Translations under genes and position numbers: made by a program | In this document: positions 12,888 through 22,252 of the stretch, piece by piece | How positions within the stretch are numbered: position 1 is the first letter of the stretch | Layout of the letters: each line of letters begins with the position of its first letter | DNA from: Neoconidiobolus thromboides FSU 785 | Taxonomy: Eukaryota; Fungi; Entomophthoromycota | Reading direction: 5' to 3' | Assembly (NCBI GenBank): GCA_025603075.1 | Contig: MU626275.1 | Coordinates: 62,001 to 126,000 of the forward strand | DNA: 64,000 nt | The notes under the pieces: generated by a model | The model's input: the letters and a program-made list of their open reading frames with translations, nothing else | Told to the model about the DNA's origin: nothing | The model's database searches: none

Positions 12888-13652
12888 ATGTTTACCTACA
12901 GCAACCAAAGTTATTGCACGAAATGTCCCCAAAAAACAAGTATTCAATTTATGGATGATTTCTCTCCCACTCTCAACGAAAAGCGAAGGAATAGGAATGT
13001 TAGAAGGTTTGATGCAAGTATATTTGATGGAATAAAAGTAAAAACTATTAATGGAGATGAAATATTATTAAGTGATACATGGAAAAATAGGCCAGTAATT
13101 TTAAAGGTTTTAGCAAGTTTAGGATGTGCTTTATGTAAATATGATGCAAAAGTATTTTCTGAGTTACAACCTTTATTTGAGCATCACAATGTTGGATTAG
13201 TTGCAGTAGTATTTGAAGATGTAGATCTATACTCTTTTTTGAGCTCTGGATATTGGACTTGGGATATTTATCTTGACCCAGAACGAAATGTTTATAAGGC
13301 TGCTAAATTAACTAAAATATCAAGAGCATATCAGCTGAAAGCATTCTTCTCTAAACACATTTTAAAAATGGTAAGGTATATTAAGACTAAAGGGCTTAAA
13401 CTAAACATGAAAGCTGATCTTCGTCAACTTGGGGGAACGTTTTTAATTAATCCCAATAATGAAATAGTTTATAGTTTTAGACCCAAAGAGCTTGCGATAT
13501 ATCCTAGTATTAAGGAGATATACTCATTAGTTGGAGGTGACCCAGGGGAAATTGATGAACAACTCCCTGAAGAATATGTTTATACACAGAAAAAATTAGA
13601 AGAAAAATCTATCAGCTCAAGTTCCATCCTAACTGCAGGTTCTTACAATTGA
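12888..13652 (+). CDS. PRXL2/AhpC-TSA_2 family paralog C, 254 aa
   Basis: Intronless ORF; SLGCALCKYDA, LRQLGGTFLIN, N-terminal CTKC, Ser-rich tail. Confidence 0.85.
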   Translation: MFTYSNQSYCTKCPQKTSIQFMDDFSPTLNEKRRNRNVRRFDASIFDGIKVKTINGDEILLSDTWKNRPVILKVLASLGCALCKYDAKVFSELQPLFEHHNVGLVAVVFEDVDLYSFLSSGYWTWDIYLDPERNVYKAAKLTKISRAYQLKAFFSKHILKMVRYIKTKGLKLNMKADLRQLGGTFLINPNNEIVYSFRPKELAIYPSIKEIYSLVGGDPGEIDEQLPEEYVYTQKKLEEKSISSSSILTAGSYN

Positions 13653-13818
13653 TTTTGTTATATTGTAAATTTCCACTATTCCACTCTAAATATTAGTTAC
13701 TGCAATTTTTTCCAAAATGTTTTTCCTTTTTATTAAATGTTATTTTGTACTTATTTATGTATATAGAGTAAATTTATTTTTATAGTTATACTTTATTTCA
13801 ATAAAGTCATTAACATAT

Positions 13819-13913
13819 GGGGATGTATTTTTTTGAAGAATTTTACTAACAATCTTTCCACTCAAATAGCGCTTAAGAAATGGAAAAAGTAATGAAATCA
13901 AAAAAACATCTCC
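13819..13913 (+). mobile_element. MITE copy M6
   Basis: GGGGATGT...ACATCTCC, ATAT/ATAT flanks. Confidence 0.85.
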
Positions 13914-14573
13914 ATATATTTAAGCTTTTAGCCTATAGTGCTTGCTTTTTATTTAATATATCATTAAATATAAATACTTATTGTTTAGTAAACTTGGTCT
14001 GCATTTTGTAATTTCCAAATAGATATAAATTCAAAGTAGGCTTATAGAAGCTTAAATTAATATGTGACTTTACCTAATAATAACATTGGCTTTAGGATTT
14101 ATTAATGTTCGCAAATAAATCTTAATAAAATCATTAAAATCATTAAAATTACAAAATAAAAGCTTAAAATGATATATGAAAATACCTAATAATAGTAATA
14201 GCTTATTTTAATTAATTAATTTATTAATGTTTGCAAACAAATTTTGTTGAAGTAATTAAACTATAGAATAAAATCTAACATTCAAAGTAGGAATAACAAA
14301 TATTATTCGTCCATAGTGAGTATTTAATACTTATATAAAACAAGATGTCAATACTATTATAGTATCTTTTATCTTTGACATTTGCTTAATAACATACTAT
14401 TTTTGATCATTTAGGTGTTTTTTAATAAATTGTACATTCCTAGATTTATTTTACATTTAATTTTAATACAACATAATGTAAGCCCTACGCAACATCTTTA
14501 CAAATAACAATAAAATAGATTAATAAAAATTCGATTATTTCAAAACTTTCAAATAAAGTTTGAGGAAACATTT

Positions 14574-14671
14574 GAGAGTGTTTTTTTGACTTCATTATTT
14601 TTTCCATTTTTTAAGCGCTATTTAAGCGGAAAATTTGTTAGTAAAATTTTTAAACACAAAAATACATCCCC
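14574..14671 (-). mobile_element. MITE copy M7
   Basis: GAGAGTGT...ACATCCCC, ATTT/ATTT direct repeat flanks. Confidence 0.88.
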
Positions 14672-15514
14672 ATTTGGTAAATTTTATTCCAATTTTATAA
14701 CTAATTTAATTTAATTTTTATATTGAACACATTGAAATAAGCCTTAAATAAAAAAGAATATACGGAAATAAAAGATTTATATTTTCTTTTCTTTCAAAGC
14801 ATCGAACTTTTTATAAAAACTTAAAAAGTTAGTTATCACTAAGTTTTTAAAATCCATAATTTTAGTTATTTGTTTTATTTTTATTCTTATTTTTATTTTT
14901 AATTATAAGACAATTTATGAATCTTTTTTAAAATTGATAAATTATTGAGACTTATTATTTGAAAACATCTGATTCAATTTACAGTATTTTGAGTTTACTT
15001 GATTGATCTTATTTAATATAACATAATACAATATAATGCATACACTATATGTAAAATTCATAAATGTGGTGCTGTACTTACTAAAATTGAGTTTGGCTTG
15101 CTTGTTTCGTTTTTTTACTATATATTTTATACAGTCATTTAGAATAAAGCTATAATTAACATAGTTAATATATAGTTAAATATATCAATATAAAAATTAT
15201 TTGTAAGATTACATTTATAGATTAACTTAAATAAACTTGGTAACTTTAAAACGATAGACTTTGAAATACAAACTCTGATTATGGCTGAAAGGCTAAAAGA
15301 AACATTGTAGTTATAAAATAAAATTTTAAATATTGATCAACATGCTTTTTTGAGCAATATAAAAAACTTTTTATGACGTTATATTTTTATGTGAAATACA
15401 TGAGATTTAATTCAAAGTTTGAAAATATTACTACAGTAATAGATGATAGCTAAAGTTACAATAGCATTTATTATGAAAACCAGAACATGAAGAATCACAG
15501 TAAAGTAGGATTTG

Positions 15515-16612
15515 TTAGGGAGTAGATTGATAATTTGGGTTAGTTGTATGAATTTTAAGTTGAATAGGGGTGGAGGCAAGGTTAGTATCTGAAGAGAAGG
15601 AAGGTTTATAAGAGCTATCATCTGAAAAGAAGGAGTTAACATTGTGCTCGTTTATTAATGTGTTTTTATTAGCAATATTCCAAGGCTTTGGTGTTTCGTC
15701 AGTTTTACCATCTTCAATTTGATTTAGCATTCTTTCAGTTTCAATTGAATTAGTGACATTGCTTCTTGAATACAATATAAATTGATAAAACAGTATACCA
15801 TCTGCCCACATTGTTCCTGCACTTCCTATTATAAAGGGTAATGAAGGGTACAATAATTCTAATTGAAATTTGGCTCTTAATATAATTGATAATGAATAAG
15901 TTAAATTTCCGAAAAAAGCAAATAGAAACAAATTTAAACTAAGCCCTTCTACAGATTTTCTTTTAAAATTCTTGACAATTTGTGGGAATCGACTTAAAAC
16001 ATATAGAAAAGTACATGTCCATGATATTATTACACCAATGTTATATGAGGCCTTATTAGTGATTTGTAATAATATTACTGGTGGAATATTAGGTAATGGG
16101 GATAAATCGTAGAATTGGAAATAAATGACTGTTAATGTAATAAATGATAGCCCTACACCTAATATTACATTACGCTTCATTGCATTATTATATACTATTC
16201 TACGTGGTATTAAACTTCTTAATAGTGTTGGGCATCCTTGATGATTATTGTACCTTGGATGACTGTCTTTATTATAAAAATAATTGTAATAAATACATTG
16301 TATAACAGTTAATATGTCCATTAGAACAAAGTAAGCAGCCAAATAAATTTGAAATGGCAATTGATCAGTTAAAATACCACCTACTAAATTTGTAGAATCG
16401 CCTAAAAACCATATCGTCAAAAATGAATAACTTAATGATTCTACCGATTTTCTACAGTAATTTTCCCATAGCTGTGGAAACAATACATTAATCCAAAAAC
16501 ATATCGATATATATCCTAATATTATACTAAGCCCATCCATCGAATCATAAGCACATTCTTTAAATATATTATAAAATATAGGTATAAAGTTGGGTTGACA
16601 AACTGAAGCCAT
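15515..16612 (-). CDS. PQ-loop vacuolar/lysosomal cationic amino-acid exporter (Ypq/PQLC2-like), 365 aa
   Basis: Two PQ-loop repeats (FPQLWENYCRKSVESLS; FPQIVKNFKRKSVEGLS), 7 TM segments; intronless. Confidence 0.9.
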   Translation of the reverse strand: MASVCQPNFIPIFYNIFKECAYDSMDGLSIILGYISICFWINVLFPQLWENYCRKSVESLSYSFLTIWFLGDSTNLVGGILTDQLPFQIYLAAYFVLMDILTVIQCIYYNYFYNKDSHPRYNNHQGCPTLLRSLIPRRIVYNNAMKRNVILGVGLSFITLTVIYFQFYDLSPLPNIPPVILLQITNKASYNIGVIISWTCTFLYVLSRFPQIVKNFKRKSVEGLSLNLFLFAFFGNLTYSLSIILRAKFQLELLYPSLPFIIGSAGTMWADGILFYQFILYSRSNVTNSIETERMLNQIEDGKTDETPKPWNIANKNTLINEHNVNSFFSDDSSYKPSFSSDTNLASTPIQLKIHTTNPNYQSTP

Positions 16613-16847
16613 TGTAAATTGTTTATGATTGTAAAATAAGTTTAAAAAAGATCTAAGGATATTAACTAATAAAAATGTTAAATACGCGGTCTAGAATATA
16701 TATCGAATATAACTCTAAAATTTAAATAAAAAAATAATCTTAAAACTTTTTAATTAAATCTCCTTTATTTTGTTTATATACTCCAAGTTATGATTTTTTT
16801 TATAAGTAACAGTTATCAGGTTGGGTGGAAAAAATTAATATTACTGG

Positions 16848-16859
16848 TGAGTCATATTG
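16848..16859 (-). promoter_or_regulatory. Candidate Gcn4/CpcA(AP-1)-type site CAATATGACTCA upstream of PQ-loop gene
   Basis: TGACTCA core ~236 bp upstream of ATG; same 12-mer occurs upstream of IleRS; second TGACTCA at 17089-17095. Confidence 0.4.
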
Positions 16860-18148
16860 ATCCATGCCTTTTAATTTCCTTTTTTGTGTTAATCAGATGA
16901 TCTATAACTAATTGATTGAAATTTCGAATAGAGCTCAGATCATTTAACTATACAATTAAGCCATCTTTAAAATATGGTATTAAGCTTACAAATTGGTTTT
17001 ATTAACAACAAACTTTGTATTATGATATATAGTAACTGTAGATGGCTTAAAGAAATATAAATAATTTTGAATAAATTATGGCAAATTTTGACTCAGATAA
17101 ATAGAATTGATTGGTTAATTAATTAAATTTTGATTAAATTTTTTCAAATTGCTCCAATTAAAGCAATTCTTATTATAATGAGGATTTGAAAGTTATCTGG
17201 TCTTTTACTATATTAAGTCTTGCTCTAGTTATCTTACATACTAAGTAAAGCCCTTAAGGAAAGGAGATAAAGATCAGGCTAATGATCAGGTCAAATGTGA
17301 ATTTACTAAGCTTTCTTGTTTGACAGTCCTAACTTTTTTGTGAGTGATACCAAATATTTAAAATGTTTTATTTGTTTATTAATACATTTAATTAGGTTAA
17401 ATCTGATAGTTATAATATAATCATGATATTATCAATAAAATCACCAGTTAACTATTCCTACTTTCATTTTAAGCTTACATTAAAGCCATCAAACAAATAT
17501 TTACTTAAATTATAATTTTATAATAATTAAATAATTAGCGTATCCATTTTGTCATTTATTTTTACCTCTCTTCTTGATTCCCTTTAACTTTAAACAGTAA
17601 AGTAAAATTGAGTATTTTTTAAATGTTCCCACGCTCTATAGACCAGTACTCTAATTATAATACCAGGTTTCAGTTTTAAGAAAGTTCTTTAAAAAATCAA
17701 GCCTCTCTTTTTATATCCTAAAACCTCTCAATTTTAGCCCTTTATAAATCATGAATTAAAATCAGCGAGTTTTTATTTACTGATATTTGATTGACTTCAG
17801 TAAATTTAAAATATCATTTATCAGTAAGTCAAATTTAACTTAAGATTAAGCAATAATTATACTATTATATTTAAATCAAATAGTTAAAATGAAAATTATT
17901 AATTGATTTAACAAAATAATAAATTTTTATATTAGCTTTATATTATCTAATTTTAATGACTAAAAATAACGCAGCTATAGCTAGCATAGAAGAAAGAAAC
18001 AAAGAAAGAAATACAAGTCTTTTCAAAGCTATAAGCCCTTGTAAGAAAAAGTTATAGCAACTGCAAAATAAAGAAAGCTCCACTTTTGAAGCATTGATTG
18101 ATAAAAATAATAAAGGGAAGCGAAATGGTACCGCTAATAAGAATAAAT

Positions 18149-18927
18149 TTAAGCATTTGAATAGTGATTCTTAGGTGGAACACGGGAGGTAATAGTGGCC
18201 TTTAAAGTATCAGGCCTGGTCTTGTTTTTTGAATAACCATCTTCTGATTCAATATAGTATGCTGAAAAATCCAGAATATCATCTACTATTTTAGGATTAT
18301 CTTGATTAAGTTTGGCAAATTGATAAGCAAACTTGGTATCAGGGCCGTTTAAAGCAATAGCATTACCTTGTTCACAAACTGAGAGACAACGAGTAGGTCT
18401 TATCTCAAATTTTTTACGGAATTTCCTTGTTGGACTATTAGGTTTGCCGTGGGCTTTAACCAATTTATGATACAATATTTCTCCACTTTTAAGTTTAACT
18501 CCTTCTTTTTCTTTATCTGCTACTAATTCTTCCATGTCTTGATCTATGATTTTATTTTCAGGGTGTTCTAATTTACAATCTATTAAACTTCCGCAATTCG
18601 TTTCTTTGTAAGTGCATCTCATACACACAAATAAAACATGTCTATCCTTTAATTCTTTTTCTAATTCATTCTCTCTTATTTCTTCTTCTTTACTATCTTC
18701 ATCTTTTCCAATTATTATATCTGGTTTTCCATTCCCTTTTTCAATTTCCTAAAATCGAATGTTATAAAACTAAATATGAAATAATAAAATCTTACCTTTG
18801 GTTTAATTGAGTAAGTTTTTCTAAATTCCCTAATCTTTAAATCCAAAATAATTGTAGCGCCAATAGCAAATCCACCAAAAATAATAGCAGGTAGAAAGTT
18901 GGTTATTGATATATCCTTCAAAGCCAT
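18149..18927 (-). CDS. DUF1636-family (bacterial-type, Cys-rich thioredoxin-like fold) protein with N-terminal membrane anchor; 2 exons (18927-18796, 18748-18149), 243 aa
   Basis: 47-bp GT-AG phase-0 intron 18749-18795 joins track ORFs 18715..18927 and 18149..18628; HVLFVCMRC ... CLSVCEQGNAIAL ... ILDFSAYYIESEDG...RPDTLKATITSRVPP follows the DUF1636 pattern as I recall it. Confidence 0.75.
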
Positions 18928-18980
18928 TTTAGTTGTTTATATTTAACGATGAGAGAGATAAAATAGATAAATTCTGGATT

Positions 18981-19153
18981 TTATCAGATGAGTTATCAGA
19001 TAAATGATATCATTCTTTAGCTACTTAAGCTCAGTCAACTATTGGCTAAATTTTAATATTAATTATGAGTAAACTATGAGAACAGGTCTATTTTGTCAAA
19101 TAAATTTAATATTAAATCCTCATGAATATTTTTTTTGTACCCTTATCTGATAA
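18981..19153. promoter_or_regulatory. Cluster of three ATCWGATAA boxes (SreA/Fep1/Urbs1-type GATA sites)
   Basis: TTATCAGAT 18981-18989, TTATCAGATAA 18993-19003, TTATCTGATAA 19143-19153, 54-226 bp upstream of the DUF1636 ATG; further GATAAG pair near 19227-19240. Confidence 0.6.
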
Positions 19154-19647
19154 TGATACAGTCAATCATAAGAATATTGAGTAAACCCTTTTAATATAAA
19201 AAAGTCGACAATATTCATTATATACCGATAAGGCTGATAAGTAAAATAGTTTAAAAAGAAAACAATAATAATAATATTGAAGTAGTAATCCAACAAATCA
19301 AACTTTTAAATGAAATGTAATTAATTTCGATAATGTTACTATTATAGGGCATTATGGCTTAATAGTTAAATTATTGCTTATATTGAAAGAATATTTTGAA
19401 AAATGCAAGTTCATTTTCAAAACTCAATATTATCAAAGTATAAATTCTTTGATTTAAAACCTTAATATTTAATTTGTAAAACGAAATTCTCAAAATTTAA
19501 ATAATAATAAAGTCATTAAAAAAGGTTTAGTAATTCTTATTATAAAAATAACAGATAAACTATTGTTATAGGATTATAAATTTGTGAAGCAACAAAATAC
19601 AAATTTAATACAGGGCTTTTGTTTTATAATATAGTTAGTATATTTTG

Positions 19648-20283
19648 CTACTTTCTAGCAAAAGTTTGAAGGTTAGTATAACTACCGTTAAAGTAATCTT
19701 GGTCACCAGGGTTTGGACCACTATCAGCATATTGCCAAAAAGTATGAAAGTACCAACCAGCTGGCAAAGCTCCGGGAGAGCTCGCCTAACGGGTAACCCA
19801 TAATGAATTAGTATTCCCAAAACTAGCATTATTACCAGTACATTGTTGCCACCAACTTGTAGTAGTATAAATTACTGGATATCTACTAGTTTTAGCACAA
19901 TAAGTGTTACTAAAACCTCGAATACAATCAAGTATAGCTGCTTAAGATAAATTTCTACAATCAGCTTCGAGATCAAGGGTATTAGATAAAGTTCTACCAT
20001 CATTACCCATTCCCCACCATTAGCTATAAAATAATTAGCTTAAGCAACACCAGAAGAGGATCTACGACGAGCAAAATGTCAAGCAAAATGAATTAAATCT
20101 ACATCTATTGTACCAGTATATCGAGAATTAAATTGAAGGTTTTTATAAGTAGTGCCTTTAGTAGCTTTAATACATACAAATTGAATTTCAATTAACATTG
20201 GGTTGAGAACTACCAACATCTATTCCTTTGGGATTTGCTGCTAATACTATCTTATTAAATATAGTAACGATAAACAATTTTAT
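19648..20283 (-). pseudogene. GH25 muramidase (Chalaropsis-type lysozyme) pseudogene
   Basis: Manual translation: (ATA)KLFIVTIF signal-like, PKGIDVGSSQPNVN*, IKATKGTTYKN, HFAR, ANYFIANGG, LDLE, YPVIYTTTSWWQQCTGN, LPAGWYFHTFWQYADSGPNPGDQDYFNGS; five in-frame stops and at least two frameshifts. Confidence 0.88.
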
Positions 20284-20367
20284 AATGTAAGATAAATGAG
20301 TGGTAAAAAAATGATGACATTCAATAGTAAATAAAAACTTTAAAGATAAGAGGATAATTTAATAAAT

Positions 20368-20465
20368 GAGGATGTTTTTTTGGCTTCATTATCTTTTCCA
20401 TCTTTTCAGCACTATTTGAGTGGAAAAATTACTAGTAAAATTCTTAAACACAAAAATACATTCCC
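20368..20465 (-). mobile_element. MITE copy M8
   Basis: GAGGATGT...ACATTCCC, AAAT/AAAT direct repeat flanks. Confidence 0.88.
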
Positions 20466-21836
20466 AAATATAAGTAATGTATGTTGGTCCTATTTATATT
20501 TTTATCAATATAAGACTTAGACATTTAAGTTGGGTAAGTCGTCGATTTGAAATTTTGTTTACCCTTTACTTATTTCTATCAACATTCTATTTTTTAGCTT
20601 GAGTAATGCAATGTATATTCTAAAATATTGATAATGAGGTTTAGTTTATTAAGTAATTGATACATGACAATAAGGAGCTTAAAAATAAAGCATACTTCAA
20701 TCAAGGAGGGAAATTAAATATTTCAATTAGTTGATAACTTGGTATCTAATTAAGATAGAATACATCTTATAAATCATAACAAGTTACACCAAATGTCATA
20801 ACCGTAATATTTTAATACCATCTCAATCTAGTTTATTGAGTAGCAAATTAAGAAATAAAGGATTTTTATTTTTATTTTAGAAAAATAAAAGTTCTTGATA
20901 AAAAATAGCATGACAAAATGTTCAATTGCTCATATTTGAATTCAAGTTAAAAAATAGTTTGTATATACACTATTTAATATTACTATTTTTTAGTCACATT
21001 TTGATTTTTTAAAATTTAAAATTCCAGCTCTACTTGGCCAAAAAAAATCCCAATTCCAACAATTTCAATTCAAATATATTTCACTATTTTTTTAAAATCA
21101 AATTAGTTTGTACTATGATATTAATTGAAATGATCCTATTCATGTTTTGGCTTTAAAGTGAGAGAGTGTTGATATTATGATTGATAATCCAAGCAAAACT
21201 GATATTATAAAAACATAAAATAGATAATGGAAGATTGATATTGATAGCAATGGACTGGGATAATAAGATAAAAATCCTAATATTCGATCAAGTTTTTATT
21301 ATTAAATAAGAGTGAATGATTGCTAATATTTTATTATTTAATGACGTTAATATAAAATTAAGTGGCTTAAGTTCTTTGAATTTCAATCAAAATTAAGATA
21401 TTAGAGATGATAAAGTTGTATTTACAAATAAAAACAATTCAACTTAATTTTAGAACATTATTAAATTGCAATTTCTTTATTAAATACATCTTTTTTTATA
21501 TTGAAATTCATTAACTAATAAATAAAACTATATATTTATTAAACTATTCCAGTTCTTAATTTTAATAATTTGTAGTAATAAATCTTTTTCTAAATTAATT
21601 GATCCTTTCTAATTTATACAATAAAGGATTTTTGAAATCAATTAATAAACCATTTCTAACTAGCATCATGGATAAAGATAAAGGAAATAAATCAAAATGA
21701 TAAGTACTAAAAAAATTATCTTAAAAAAGTATAAAAAAAGCTTAAAATTTAATTTTCAAGACAGTATTAGAACTCTTTCGTGGAGTCCAATTTAAGCTAG
21801 AGAAAAAAATGTTAGTCAATATAATTATACTTTAAT

Positions 21837-22028
21837 TCAAACCTTACCTTCTTTCTTTTCTGCTTTTTGTTGGTCTAATTTGACATAGAATTCAGAGATC
21901 TTATTTTGAGTTGGTAAATGGTAATTATTCCAATAAAAATAACCAAACACTAATCCTAAGGAGATCGAACCTACAATATCGTTACGTATACTACGTGCTA
22001 ATTTTCCGCGAATTGGGGCAATGGCCAT
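21837..22028 (-). CDS. COX9: Cytochrome c oxidase subunit 9 (fungal Cox9/COX6C family), 63 aa
   Basis: MAIAPIRG...DIV.S.SLG...YW..H....KI.EFY..L resembles yeast Cox9 (MTIAPITG...DIVLGFSLG...WW..H...KREKFYAEL). Confidence 0.85.
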   Translation of the reverse strand: MAIAPIRGKLARSIRNDIVGSISLGLVFGYFYWNNYHLPTQNKISEFYVKLDQQKAEKKEGKV

Positions 22029-22156
22029 ATTTGTTGATTTTTTTTAAAATAGGTTGGGTATGAAAAGATTCAAATTTCAAGATTGATGGTAAGATTTACT
22101 CAAACAATTCCTCAAATGGAATTGAAGGATTTGTGGGATAGAGTTTTCAAATTTGG

Positions 22157-22169
22157 CCAATATGACTCA
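22157..22169 (+). promoter_or_regulatory. CCAAT box abutting TGACTCA in the 224-bp COX9/IleRS divergent promoter
   Basis: CCAATATGACTCA read directly; function inferred from HAP complex and Gcn4/CpcA consensus. Confidence 0.4.
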
Positions 22170-22252
22170 TTTTCTAATTTTAGGTCAAAAAAATCAAAAA
22201 AGTCAAAAATCAATATTAAAGTGTAACTGGATTATTTTAATTATATTTTAAT

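Noticed and set aside
14060-14290. Degenerate ~115-bp direct duplication
   Set aside because: Two poorly matching AT-rich units with no further structure
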